Below, piece after piece: positions 12,216 to 25,989 of a stretch of DNA of 64,000 nt. How positions within the stretch are numbered: the first letter of the stretch is position 1; each line of letters begins with the position of its first letter. The notes below the pieces were generated by a model that ran no database searches, was not told the DNA's origin, and saw nothing but the letters and a program-made list of their open reading frames with translations. Location: positions 117,144 through 181,143 of the forward strand of contig NW_003314272.1 of assembly GCF_000143415.4 (NCBI RefSeq), read 5' to 3'. The translations under genes were made by a program, and so were the position numbers. The DNA is from Selaginella moellendorffii (taxonomy: Eukaryota > Plantae > Lycopodiophyta).

Positions 12216-13730
12216 TCATAGATACTGCAGCCATGCGTCACCTTCGATGAACCTCTCGTCCAAGAAAGGCTGGGCCTCCGCCTCCGTTAGCACATACGAC
12301 CATGGAACACGACGCATGCCGTTTGCTCCTGGACCCGTGCAGTTGAACTCGCCGTAGAAAACAGTCCTGGAGCTCCACCGCAAAATCCAGATATCTCCAT
12401 GAGAAGAACGATCATCCAGCTTAAAATTGAGATGTGATGACTTACATGTCTCTGGATGAATCCCCCCAGTCGTCCCAGCCGCCGGGGTTGATAACGGAGT
12501 CCATATAGCAGTAGAGGAAGACGACGCGAGAGAAGGGGCCCCAAGCACGGCCCAGGTACACCAAGCCATTCCCCAGGATCCGGCAGTTTACGAACGAGAA
12601 GCCCGTGTTGTCACTCGCGTTTTGCCTCTTTTGAGCAGTCAGCGCTCCGCTGCCAATGGCGTTGAGCTCGCAATCCTAACAGACACACAAAACCGCTCTT
12701 GAGCAACGTCACTCGGCCACAGGCCCATGCAAACCTTGTACAGGGAGCGGCCGTTGCCGAATATAAAGTCCACCGATCCCTGGATGAAGCAGCTCTTGAA
12801 GTAGTGACGGCCCGAGTGATCGTACAGAGTGTCTTGAGCACCAATGAAGTTGCACTCGTAGAATGCAGCCATGTCTCCGGTGATTTGGAACGCCACGGCT
12901 TGCGAGCCGGCGGGCTGCACCGGAGCCGAGTTCTATGGAAATGAAACACCATAGAAGTCAGAGAAGTTGACGGGAGAATTGAATTCACCTTGAACGTGAT
13001 ACCCCTGGCACTGAAGTAGGGAGCACTGACGTGAACCGTGGCTGTGTGGAACGTCCCAAGGTGAGAGCCATCCACGCCCAGTTTTCCTGCGTAGTCATCC
13101 CATACAATCGTTGTTAAGTCGGCCCCTGATCCTTGAAGCGTAATGTATGGCTTGCTTTCCACGATCTTCACTTTCTCCCTGGGACAACGGCACGATCATA
13201 TCAAATGGCAGGCAAATCTACACGTTCTGAGAGAAAGAGAGATCAGAAACTCACTGGTAGACCCCCGGCGAGACAAAGATGGTGATTGGGACGGTGTTGT
13301 TCACCGGGACAGCATCGATGGCCTCTTGAACGGATGCATGGTCGCCATTCCCGTCCTGATCCACCACCACGAAGCTGGTCGTGAGGTTGGAATCGAAGAA
13401 CTTGTGCTGTAGCCACCCAACCTTGGGCGATGCCTGTCGATGCCTTAGCTTGCATTGTGTCTCAATCTCCCTCAGCCAATCCACATAGCGCTTCCGATTC
13501 TCCGGGCAAGATCGACAGGAAGGAGAAGAAGACGACATCGCACTCTGATTGACGCGCATGGCGCCAGCAGCACGGGGAGCGCCGGCGGTGCCATCGCTCG
13601 CATCCAAACTCACGGAGCCGGGATCCAACGCGAGGCTGCCCAATGCCGGACACAGGAAAGAATGCGAGCTGACGACGAGCGCGAACATGGACATGATTGC
13701 CCATCGCGATGTTTGGCGAGCGCGAGCCAT
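12216..13730 (-). CDS. Pectin methylesterase without PMEI pro-domain, multi-exon
   Basis: [52 protein letters not shown] motifs; hydrophobic N-terminus. Confidence 0.93.
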
Positions 13731-13866
13731 GGGCTCCGGTGCTCCACGGCCGGGGCGCCCAACGCGAAAGGTGAAAGCTTTAGGGCCCAAAGTGCGTGAG
13801 CTATCTAAAATGTGCCACCACTCCACATTTCAAACCCCACGCGAATATGCGCCACCCCTCCGGCAC

Positions 13867-15496
13867 TTAGCTGTGAACTTGAAAGCATTCGAGGCGGGGA
13901 AAGCGTTGCAGCAGTTCTTCCCTGGATCGTCTCTGCCAGAGAAACAGTGATAGCATCGTGTTCGTCGTGCTTCGGGGCTCACACACCTTAATGTTGATGC
14001 ATCCGTTCACGTCGAGCGTATGCAGTGTCTTGGAGCAGTAGCATGCCAAGGCGTCCAATCCTTCGTCCGTCACACCCAGAATACCGTGTAGGCTGCGAAA
14101 GAAGCAATCACTTGACTCACAGAACAGCAGACAACGAAGAGAGAATGGCCTCGTTTACCTCAAAAGCTTGAGCGGACAAGTCAGTGCTTTCAGTCCAGCG
14201 TCCGTGATCCTCACGCACCTGAGGACAGCGAGTGACACCAATGGATGCAAGCGTATGAAGCTTACCAGCTCAGACACAGGGACTCGAGTTTATGGCACTT
14301 TGAAATCGAAACTAAGCAGTCGGATGAAAGTTCCTGCACAAGCATCACCGCCGGATAAAAGTGCCCGGATGACGTTTCTTGCATACCTGTGCACCAGTTA
14401 GCTCCAGGACTTTGAGTTCCTCAAGGTTTCCAATCAGAGCCAAAGATTTGGGAGTGAATCTGTGACGCGAGGCAAGAGAAACACATTCAGGTCCTTGAAA
14501 GAAACGAGGCCTACTTATACTTACCCAGAGAGAGCGTATAAATAGAGCTCCTCCAGCTGCAAGCACACGTTCAAAATCTCGCAAAGCCCCTCGTCCGTTA
14601 GTTTCACGCACCTTTCACAAGAACTAGACGTTTAGAAAGGCAACCGAGGCAATAAACGCATATAGATGCAAACCGCGTGAGGTTCAAGCTTCGTATGGAT
14701 GGACTGTGCTCCGCGAGGTGGCGCATGCTTTGATCCGTGATACTCTGCTCAAAGAATCACTAGTACCAAAGCCTGGGAACGTTGCGAACTATGAAAAGGC
14801 TCCGAACCTTGCAACCACTGAGGTTTAAAAGCTCCAGCTCCTTTAGATTGGTGACGATGCTTTTAACGGCAGCATCCGTGACCCTGCATTCATGCCATTA
14901 TTATATTTACACCAGGCTCAAGAGAATGACAAACCACGACTTACTTGAGGTTCCAGTAGATCTCTAGTTTCGTGATGCTTCTACACTCGGAGACTACTGC
15001 CTCGACTCCAGCATCAGTTATCTTCTGGCATGCATTAAGGTTGAGACGCTGCAGCTTCTAAACAAAGAGTCTAGTAGGGACGAGCAAGAACACAAGAGAA
15101 TTTCCACACCTTGCACTTTACAGCAGCCAGGTGCTCGTCTTGCACATCCTGTCCGAATTCCAGGTTGATCTCCTCCACGTCCTGGTACCGCGCCTAAGCA
15201 AGCTCGCGGTTTGTCAGCCCACGCGCCAAAACGTAGCAACTTTTACCAGCAAGAGAGCAGCCAGCAGGCGCCTCCCGGCCTGACTCTTGCCTTGCAAATC
15301 GATCGCCTTCAAAAGAAGAAACAAGGAGCGTCAGTGCAAAGATCGATCGAGGATAGAATCACACCTTCCAGAGGGACGCGTGAGACAAGAGCACGCCACG
15401 GCAGGCGGTGTTGACGCAGAGCAGCGCGCACAGATCGCGCTGCGGGAGATGCGAGCTGACGAGCAGCATTACCTGCGACACGCGCTCCTTGTCCAT
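13867..15496 (-). CDS. F-box/LRR protein (At3g58530-like), multi-exon
   Basis: F-box MDKERVSQVMLLVSSHLPQRDLCALLCV; cysteine-containing LRRs; C-terminal TLDVNGCINIK...RSREELLQRFPRLECFQVHS*. Confidence 0.85.
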
Positions 15497-15554
15497 GAGC
15501 AAACAAACTGGCTGGACCTAGGTAGGGCAAAGTCTTGTTATATCAAATCAATCC

Positions 15555-16869
15555 ATGGTGCCAGCCTCGACCGGGAGCGCCATGCGGGTCGCCGTGGCTC
15601 AAATGACTTCCACCTCCAGCATCGATCTCAACTTCGCCACTTGCCAGCGCCTGGCCAGAGTAAGAAGAAGAGTCTCAAGCTCTCCATCGGCTTGCATTGC
15701 GTTGGATTGTGAGTGGGCAGGAGGCTGCTGACGCCGGAGTGAAACTGCTGAGCTTACCCGAGTGCTTCTCCTTCATTGGTCGCCGAGGCGACGAGGCACT
15801 GGCGATTGCGGAGCCTCTCGACGGGCCGATTTTCCGGAGGTACCAAGCCCTGGCGAGGTAGGAAAGGATGGCCTTCTTCTCCTCGTCTCCTCTAAGCTAG
15901 CTGCGTCTCTTGGTAGAGATTTGGGCTTGTGGCTCTCTCTGGGCGGATTCCAAGAGAAGGGGCCGGACGAGGACCACGCGTATAACACTCACGTCCTGCT
16001 CGACGACCTTGGCTCAGTGCGCTCGTGCTACAGGAAGGTCCACCTGTAAGTAGAAAACGTAGAAGTTCTCGTCATCTTTCTCATTGCCTGGCTTCCAGGT
16101 TTGATGTGGATGTTCCCGGAGGCCCAGTTCTAAAGGAGAGCAATCGCACTGCTCCTGGTGAGTGAGTGATGAGTGAGCTAGTACTAGTTTACGCAAGTTT
16201 TTGGACAGGAACACAAGTGGTTACTGCTCAAAGCCCGGTAGGCACACTCGGTCTGACGATATGCTACGACTTGAGATTCCCGGAGCTGTACCAGCGTCTC
16301 AGGTTTACGGAGAATGCCCAGGTCTGGACGATGATCTTCCTCACTACCTCGTTTCAGCTGGCTTTTTTGGACAGGTGCTGCTTGTTCCTTCGGCATTTAC
16401 TCGCAAGACTGGAGAAGCGCACTGGGAGCTCCTCCTGCGAGCTCGTGCTGTTGAAACGCAGTGCTACGTAAGCTTTGTTATATCTCTCCTCGTCTTTCCT
16501 CACAGTCCGAGCCATAACATAGGTTCTTGCGGCGGCTCAGTCTGGGAAGCACAACGATCTCCGGGAAAGTTATGGTGATGCGATGATTATTGATCCTTGG
16601 GGAAGCGTCGTTGCAAGGTGTCCAGGTTGGATCCTCTACTTCTATGTCTCATGATCAAGAAAGCTCCGTCGGTGGTGCAGATAGATTGGTGACGGGCATC
16701 GCAGTGGCGGACATAGACGAGGAGCTTCTCAAGACAGTGAGGAGGAACATGCCAATTGCCGAGGTAATACTCTCGTCTCTTTCGTCTGTGACGCACTGGC
16801 ATGTCCTCTCCTTTGCAGCATCGCAAGTATAACATATACGGGAGTGACCGCCAACTATCAACACTTTAA
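15555..16869 (+). CDS. NLP2: Nitrilase-like protein 2 / deaminated glutathione amidase (Nit1)
   Basis: RVAVAQMTS, LPECFSF (Glu), YRKVHLFDVD (Lys), GLTICYDLRFPE (Cys), PSAFT..TGEAHWELLLRARAVETQCYV. Confidence 0.92.
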
Positions 16870-16903
16870 GGAGCTCTGGAACGTCTGTAAACAAGTTCTT
16901 CAT

Positions 16904-18024
<1,121 letters not shown>

Positions 18025-18136
18025 AGCCCTTCCCGCCAATTACCACCCTTTGAAACCTTAGGGCAACTAACTTTGTTTAACAAAAAAGTGTAAGCTGTGA
18101 TGTCATAAACCCTAGAACGAGGAGGAAGGAGCTGCT

Positions 18137-19829
18137 ATGGCCGTGAAAGCGGAGACACTGGAGTGGAAGAGAAGGTACGTGTTGCCTGCCTGCACTCCAT
18201 GAGTCAATGTGGCATTCCCTGTCCAGATCGGTTGTCATTGTCGCGCTCACGGTGCTCACAAGCTCACAAGGGATCCTGATTGCTTGGACCAAGCGTGCGG
18301 GATTCTACAAATACAGTGTCACAACGGCAAATTTCCTGGTCTGTGTTGGGTGAGATTTGCTGCCATTGCTTTGCTCAATTCCACTTTCTGTCTGCAGGTG
18401 GAGCTTCTAAAATGCGTTATTTCTCTTGTGGCTTTGTTCAGAGTGTGGCAAAACGAAGGCGTCACGGAGGATAACAAGTAATGCGCAGTATGCATTCTCC
18501 ACCCACCTCAGAATTTTGTTTGTTTCCTCTTTTCCTTTGCTTGACATTCTTTCTCTTTTCTACTTGTCCAGGCTCAACACAACATTTGACGAAGTAAAAG
18601 TTTATCCGATTCCGGCAATGCTCTATCTCGTCAAGAATCTCTTGCAGGTACTTGAGATACAATTTTTTCGCTTTCTCTGTGCTCATGCCTTGTGTCTGTC
18701 GTAGTATTACATATTTATCTACGTGGACGCACCAAGCTATCAGGTCCTCAAGAATCTAAATATTATCAGCACCGGTGTTTTGTACTGGCTATTCTTGAGC
18801 AGAAAGTAAGTGTCTCAACATTTTTTAGAGAGTGTCAGCATAATAACGTGTTGAATGTTATCAAGGCTGTCAAACATCCAGTGGTGTGCGTTTCTCTTAT
18901 TGGCTTTGGGTTGTACCACAGCGCAACTTAACCCATCGTAAGTGCCGTTATTCCGACTGCCTTGTTTACCTTCTCATTGTTTCCTTCCGATTGGAAGATC
19001 CGAGCACGTGTTCCAGACTCATATGGAAGGCTGGACAATGGCTATTGTAAGAACGTTTTCTGTTTGAACACATTGACACATTCTTCTCATGTTCGCAGAT
19101 CATGGCTTTGCTAAGTGGTTTCGCTGGTGTCTACACCGAGGTAGCCTTATCTGCTTTTAGTGTCATAGACTACTCGCGTTCACCATATTGTCTTTGCTTG
19201 CGCAGGCAATCATGAAGAAGAGGCCATCTCGGAACATCAATGTTCAAAACTTCTGGCTCTACATCTTCGGTGTGGTTTTCAACTTTGGAGCAATGGTTGT
19301 GCAAGACTTCAACGCGATCGCCGAGAGGTGAGCCTCACTTGCTCAAGCATTTCCTTGTTCTACGCCGCATGCTTGCAGGGGCTTTTTCCATGGATACACC
19401 ATGAGCACGTTTATTATGATCATCAATCATGCTCTAAGGTGAGCCCTGCACCACATCGGTTTTTTCCAGAGTCCTAGCTTGTTTCACTTCCAGTGGCATC
19501 GCTGTATCCTTGGTTATGAAGTTCGCAGACAACATTGTCAAGGTATAGCGACTATAGTGATTGTATTGTCAATCAAGGCACTCATGCAAATGTGGTTTGT
19601 AATTTCTTCTTCTTCTCACAGGTGTATTCCACATCTGTCGCAATGCTCTTCACTGCTCTACTGTCGATGGGCCTCTTCGGGTTTCGCCTGACTCTTCCAT
19701 TCTGCCTTGGGACAATGTAAGCCGAGTGACACGAGCAAAACCCTTTCGTTTCTCCAACAGGGCGTGCTTGTGACTTGCAGGATAGTTTCCGTGGCCGTCT
19801 ACTTACACTCCCAAGGGAAAGCCACATGA
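18137..19829 (+). CDS. CMP-sialic acid transporter-like nucleotide-sugar transporter (SLC35A), many exons
   Basis: YKYSVTTANFLVELLK, YPIPAMLYLVKNLLQ, YQVLKNLNIISTG, ALLSGFAGVYTE, NINVQNFWLY, VMKFADNIVK. Confidence 0.9.
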
Positions 19830-19991
19830 ACAGGAGACGAGTTGGGTGTATTTCTATTTGGATTTTTGTTTACATGCATTGCTGACAAAGGTGGTGACGT
19901 CGAGGAATCTAGTTAACCGACTCTTAGATATTTTGAGAAAAGAGAATGGCGGCCGGTGACGTGACATGACTAGAGTGCAAAACTGGTGTCC

Positions 19992-20480
19992 ATGCGCTCC
20001 ACCACGTGGCCGCGGGAAAAGGTTTTGGATGTCTCTCGCAGGCAGGTGCCCACGGGCGGATTAATGGCGGCCACGACCATCAGTGGCACCACCATCGCCT
20101 CGCCTCGCCCCGGGACAGCGCCGCTCAGCATCCACATTACTGGCGTCCCTGGCGCCGGCGACGACAGTTGGATCCGCGACGCTTTGCTGCTGGAGAGCCT
20201 GGATTCCAATCCCGCCACTTGCTCGGGAGGAGGATTCGAGTACGCCGACGACGATCACGTCGATTTCCCTGCCGCGTCCCCGTCTGGTTGGAGCTCAGGA
20301 TCCGTCACCCCGAAGAAGCTCGTGCTTCGGGCGAGCAGCGTCTGCCCGAAGGCTCCGCGCAAGCGGAGGGCGGCAGCAGCTATGAATAGGAGCCAGAGGG
20401 AGACGTTTAACTCCGCGGAGCTAGAGGAGTTCTTGTTGGATCAAGAGCTGCGTTTCAAGTCAGACAGGCAGGCTGATTGA
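19992..20480 (+). CDS. SIAMESE-related (SMR) CDK inhibitor; start 19992 or 20064
   Basis: SMR motifs in order: TP, CPKAPRK, FNSAELEEFL; intronless. Confidence 0.7.
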   Translation: MRSTTWPREKVLDVSRRQVPTGGLMAATTISGTTIASPRPGTAPLSIHITGVPGAGDDSWIRDALLLESLDSNPATCSGGGFEYADDDHVDFPAASPSGWSSGSVTPKKLVLRASSVCPKAPRKRRAAAAMNRSQRETFNSAELEEFLLDQELRFKSDRQAD

Positions 20481-20661
20481 TTAGCTAATACCCAAGCTTT
20501 TCTTTTCTTTTGCCATTGTGCAAGCTCAAAAGCAGTGCAGCGTAGTATATAAGATATTTACATTGATTCTATGGAGTGACGCTTTGATTTATTGATCAGT
20601 GAAGATTTGTTTGTGATCGTCACGGTAAAAGAACAAAACAAAAAAAGCGTTTTTGCCCAGT

Positions 20662-21747
20662 TCAATCATTTGCACGTTGGTTAACCTCATACTCTTGCAC
20701 GAGCTCAGGCGCCACGTTGTCGCTTGGCTCCCACGAGTCCTTGTCCGAATCCGCCCACTTCACCAGGTACTCGATGCTCTCGCCTTGGACGCGCTTGTCC
20801 AAGATCCTCTCGACAATCCCATACTCGAGCCCGGCCTCGTAGTCCTTGATCAAATCGTCCGAGATCTCACTCGCCGGGAGCCAGCTATCGGGTGTCTCGT
20901 CGCTCCACTTGACCAGGTACTCCACCTTGTTCCCTGCCGCCATCCGCTTGTCCAACACCTGATCCACGGACACCGTCTCGTAGCACGCCTCGTCCAGGAG
21001 CCTCACCACTTGGTCCAGCGCCAGCCGCCGCGCAAACTGCAAAGGATTGGCTTTCGGTGTCCGGTTGAGGAGATCCTGGGCCAGCTTCAAGGAGCTCCTG
21101 CCTTTCGAGTCCTCCACGTCCGGATCGGCCCCCAGCTCCAGCAAGGCCTTGACTACATTCGAGTGTACATAGCCCGCAGCAATGTGAAGCGCTGTGTACC
21201 CGTCTTGATCCTGCCAGTCTATGTCCGCTCCAGCCTCGATCAAACTCCTGACGCAGCTCTCCGATCCCAGCCCCGCGGCAAACAGCAGCGCCGTCCTCTT
21301 GTTGTCGTCGATGGCATCAACGTCCCTGCCCTCGTCCTCGAGCAGCTCCATAAGTTTGCTTTCGTCCGCCTTCTTCGCGCCCTGCCACCACGGAGTCACG
21401 TACTCGGACAAGACGTCGCCGGCAATGTTCTCGGCCGGCTCCCATGTGTCCGGATGATCGTCCTTCCACTCGATCAGGTACTGCATCTCGCGGTTCACTA
21501 CCCTGCTTCCCAAGATCCTGTTCACCTCTCCAAAGTTCTCGTGAGGAGCCGCCAAGCTCCCGTTGTCTTTCCCGATAGCAAGCGCTTCCTCTGCTTGGAC
21601 GGCTGGTTTCTCTTGAACACACCTCAACCTTGTCCTGGGCAATCGCGGCAGCGAGAACCTGCTGGGGACGGCGAGCTGAGCAGTCCCAATTCCAGGGAGC
21701 GCAGCTCTTAGTGTCGCTGCTGAAAGACCTAGACTGACGCCTGCCAT
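20662..21747 (-). CDS. CAO: Chloroplast SRP43 (chromodomain-ankyrin-chromodomains)
   Basis: Transit peptide; CD1 (FGEVNRILGSR...YLIEWKD); ankyrins (RTALLFAAGLGSE, TALHIAAGY); CD2 and CD3. Confidence 0.96.
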   Translation of the reverse strand: MAGVSLGLSAATLRAALPGIGTAQLAVPSRFSLPRLPRTRLRCVQEKPAVQAEEALAIGKDNGSLAAPHENFGEVNRILGSRVVNREMQYLIEWKDDHPDTWEPAENIAGDVLSEYVTPWWQGAKKADESKLMELLEDEGRDVDAIDDNKRTALLFAAGLGSESCVRSLIEAGADIDWQDQDGYTALHIAAGYVHSNVVKALLELGADPDVEDSKGRSSLKLAQDLLNRTPKANPLQFARRLALDQVVRLLDEACYETVSVDQVLDKRMAAGNKVEYLVKWSDETPDSWLPASEISDDLIKDYEAGLEYGIVERILDKRVQGESIEYLVKWADSDKDSWEPSDNVAPELVQEYEVNQRAND

Positions 21748-21856
21748 TCTCTTCAGATCTTACCCCTGCGCTTCTCCGGCTCGCCGACATCGATCGCCCA
21801 TCGCCAAGCGCGCACCCATGGATAATGTTTTTCGGAGCAAAGGCCATTAGAAACTC

Positions 21857-21866
21857 GCCACGTGGC
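21857..21866. promoter_or_regulatory. Palindromic G-box about 110 bp upstream of the cpSRP43 ATG
   Basis: GCCACGTGGC. Confidence 0.55.
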
Positions 21867-24157
21867 TAAGGATGCCACGCCAGCCCTTAGGTTACCTAGA
21901 TGCCCAGTCGCTGCTTGAGAAGTTTATAGCGTCTCACCCAATGAAGAAAGGCAATCTTCTACCCAGAAACTACCAGTGAAAAGAGGGCCTTAGATGTGAG
22001 AATTTCTCACCTTTTGCACATGGCAAGTTCTTTTTATCGCTTGCTCTTGCATGCATTGAAGGGTTTTGATTTTGTATTCTATTTCCCCTTGGATAACCTC
22101 AAGTAAAAGTTTTATTTGGTTCTTGCAAAGTGGATCTTCAAAGTACGGCTTGAGTAAGTTTATGTGGAACACTGGGTGCATCTTCCCCATCTCTCGAGAA
22201 GTCGAAGACAGTAAGCCACTTTATTGATTCGTGCCTCAATCTTGTAAACCCCCGTGAACTTGCTTAAGGAACTCAAGATCAATTCATTTATAGGAATATA
22301 TGTATTTTTACCTTTGGGTCAACTTTTGGTTGATCCCACTTGGTAGCCTAAGGTTTTTGGTGTTTAGCCACACGTTCTCCCTAACTTAGAACTCTACATC
22401 CCGATGTTTCTAGTTCGCATATTTGGTTTGCCTTTGTTAAGCCCATTCCAAACAATCCCTCACTAGATTCCAAATGTTAAGTCTCTCCACCGTGAATGCT
22501 TCCACTGTGAGTAACTCTCCATGGTACTCGGCCACGCCGAGCTCCATAAGACCTTCAATAACTCACCCATTGATGACTTCCCATGGATTCACCCCGATAC
22601 TCGAATGTGGTGAATTGTTATAATACATTTCCGCAAGTCCCAAATGACTTACCCAATCGGTCTGGTCTCCTGAGACATAACATCACAAATAATCCTCCAA
22701 CTACCTATTCACCCTTTCCATTTGTCCGTCTGTCAAGAAGTGTTAGTGCCATCAAACTTGACTTAATACCCCATACCTGTCTATGAGTGATAGGCTGTGC
22801 TGAATTTCAACTTGGTGCGATACTGTTTTAGGAGAGTCCTCCAGAACCTACTAGTGAAGATTTTATCTCGATCTGAGATGATCTCTTCTGGCCTTCCCCG
22901 CACTCAAACCATTTGTTCGAAGAACAGCTTCACCACACCTTCTGCATCCACTTCTGTTGTGATGGGTATGAAATGTGCCATTTGTGAAAATCAATCCATC
23001 ACCACGAATATCGCATCAAACCCCTCGCTTGGGGGGAGTCCCGTGATGAAGTCCATTTTAAAACATTTCCACTGACAATCTAGAATTGGGATGCTTTGCA
23101 ACAAGCCCCCACTAGCGTTAGTCACGGCTTTGACCTGCTAACATGTTGGATATGTCTTTACATAGTCTTGGACATCCTTAGCCATATTTAGCCAGTAGTA
23201 CTTCCTTTTGAGTAAGCCTATTGTTTTGGGCACTCTGCCGTGTCTGGCAAGAGGTCTGTCATGACACTCTTCTAAGGCTACCTTCCTTAGTTCCCCTTTT
23301 GGAACATATACCCTCGTTTGCTTGTAATAGATGAGTTTGTTGCGTTCTGCATAACCCGTTTTCTCTTCCGTTGGCAGCTCACCTGTTTGGTGAGCTTCCC
23401 GTGCTTCTAGATTCCTCAGCAACACTTCTTGTGCTAGACCATCGTTCTCATATGTTGTCCGCACATTGTCCCAAAAGGTTGCTGTCACGCTGGATATTGC
23501 TAACTTCAAACTCGCTTTTCAACTTAGCGCATCTGCCATGATGTTGCTCTTCCCAGGCTTGTACAGAATCTCGCAATCAAACTTAGCCAAAGCATTGGCC
23601 CACCAACCCTATTTCCCCCTTAGGTCGGGCTGTGATAAGAAGTGTTTTGTTGCCATATTGTCTATGTAAACCTTGAAGTGTCTCCCAATTTAGTGTCGCC
23701 ACTCCTTGAGTGCCTTGACCACCGCAAACAATTCCTTCTCGTGGGCAAGCCACTTCTGTTGAGCCTTTTCCAACTTCTTCGAGAAGAACACTATTGGATG
23801 GTTGTCTTGCTTCAAAACTGCGCTCAACGCAAAATCTGAAGCATCCGTTAGTCCTTACCAAAGTCTGGTAACGCCAACACAAGAGCCTTCCTCAACTTTC
23901 CTTTGAGGTGGACAAATACCGCATCGCATTCCGCTGTCCATACCATCTTCCCTTTTCTCGTTTAGTCTATTAAGGGTAGAGCTACTCTTGAATAGTGTCT
24001 GATAAACTTTTGGTAGTAGTTGCATAGCCCCAAGAACACCCTCAACTCATGTACACTCGATGGTCGCTCCCATTCCTAGATCGCTTGGACCTTCTCCAGG
24101 TCTACCTTGAGCCCGTCCTGGCCCACCACATGCCCGAGAAACTTTACCTTTTGTTGA

Positions 24158-24434
24158 CCCTAATACAAAATACATTGCAATACATCGTCATTCTGCCTAT
24201 CTATTCGGCTCTTCACAGCAATGTCTTACTTACCCACCGCCTTCAAGGGATCAAAGGCGTGGGACTAGCACCTTCAAGCACTTGTTCACAGTCTCAACTT
24301 AGCTTGGCACAAGCAGGTGAGTGCATTCTTCTTGTAGTGTAGTTTTAGATTTAGGGACTAGATTAGATTTGAATCTCCTAGGAAGATCTTGTGTGGACGT
24401 TTTCCTCTCAGTCCAGAGAGTCCAGGAGTTTTCA
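24158..24434 (+). repeat. Left LTR (apparently R-U5 only) of the nested element
   Basis: Matches 29540-29816 with about 17 substitutions; followed by the PBS. Confidence 0.9.
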
Positions 24435-24435
24435 C

Positions 24436-24452
24436 TGGCGACCACGGTGGGA
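24436..24452 (+). other. Primer-binding site, tRNA-Arg type
   Basis: TGGCGACCACGGTGGGA, complementary to the recalled 3' end of plant tRNA-Arg(UCG) (...UCCCACYGUGGUCGCCA). Confidence 0.75.
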
Positions 24453-24639
24453 TAGAGCAGATCAAGACGATCATTTTCCCCAAAACTTCAAGGAAAACGG
24501 ACCAAAGACGCTCAAGAAAATGGCATAGGAAGAAAAAGCCCCAAAAATCAAGAAAAACAAGACCGTAAAACAAAAACGGTGGAAGAGCATGAAGGAATGA
24601 AGAAAAAAATGGAGCGTAAGACCAAAAGATGAAGAACAC

Positions 24640-25989
24640 TTGAAGATTGAAGCCACCCAAGTAGTGGAAAACTTGGAGCGTACGCGTAACTATTTTTGGC
24701 GAGAGGTTGAAGAAAGCGAATATTCCAAGAATCTGCGAGAAGGAAACGACCAAGGGAAAATTCTAGCGGCTGGAGATGGAGGAAGAATGAAAAAGCACGA
24801 CTGCCCATTTGGAGACACAAGCTGTACAAGATACGAGGACTGCCTTTTGTGTGGTTTCAGAAATTGTGCAAAACCGTACAAGCAATGCTATCCAAAATGG
24901 CGATGTGACACTTGCAAGCAAGCAAAAGCTAGACTTCGAATCAAGGATGAAAATGCCATAGCGGAGGAGAGAAGAAAACGAGAAGAAATAGCGCAAGAAA
25001 ATGACACTAAAAAGAGAGACGATAGTTTAGAACAAGCAGCGAAACAAAGCTTTAGTTGCTTACAAAAACTTCAAGAAACGATTCTGTGACTCTTCTACAA
25101 ATTGTCTAGCAGATAGGAAGGATGCAAAAATGAGGAAATGTTGAAAGAAAAATATGTTTACTTCGATTTCTTTGCAACTCGAAGAATCCTGACTTGGGTG
25201 TATCGCGGACACCTCTTTCAACAAACAATTGTCGAATTCCTAGGCATACACAAACATGAAACTTTTCAACCATTAACGCTTGCTTTCAACACTGATTTGA
25301 CGAGAGTCATAGCAGCAATAGAGTGTGGAACCTTTGAACCACAAGTTCGTTGGTTTGTGGACACTCTTAGATTTAGAGATTTCGAAGAGAACGCGGAATT
25401 ACTTTACCGACTTCTTCAAAGTCCTCTTCGTGTAACGCTACCAACAAGCACTCTTATCGAACTATATACTATAGCATATTGGCACCGTTTAGGACGGACG
25501 AGAATAGCTGGGGAATTAAGAAATCAAGGACAAGGCCATCAACAAAATCGAATTCGGAATTCGAGATTAAGAAACCGACGGGACCCTGAACTTGAGACAA
25601 GTTCAAGCGAACGACTTGGAAACTCGAGGATAACAAGTCGAAGGAGGAGAAATTTAAGACAGGATCACAATAGGCCAAGATTAAATACAGTACCGAACTT
25701 CAACTTTGACACTGAGGTCCAACGCCGAAACCCCAGCCTAGAGCAACATATCACTCGCAACCAACAAGGAAGAGTGCGTCCAAGCAGTCTCAACATTTTG
25801 AGGAGTATTTTAGGAGATCCTGCATCGAGGATTCAAACTTATAATGCAAGAGTGTTAATTGAGACTATCCCTTGGGAAGTTCGTGAAGCGATTGACTCTG
25901 ATCGTGAAAGAGAACGTGCTATACGACTGAGGGAAGTAGAACACCACTGGCAAGAACAGCATCAGGGAAATGCACCATCACGAAATTGA
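24640..25989 (+). pseudogene. Extra ORF upstream of gag (about 450 codons, two in-frame stops), unknown protein with Cys cluster
   Basis: ORFs 24640-25089 and 25138-25989 share a frame, separated by TGA (25087) and TAG (25114). Confidence 0.65.

Noticed and set aside
19505-19512. GTATCCTT U12-like donor in the transporter gene
   Set aside because: It lies within conserved coding sequence (AVSLVMK).
20653-21711. 352-aa antisense ORF over cpSRP43; similar ones over MAMYB and XPD exon 1
   Set aside because: Shadow ORFs of GC-rich coding sequence with no recognisable motifs.
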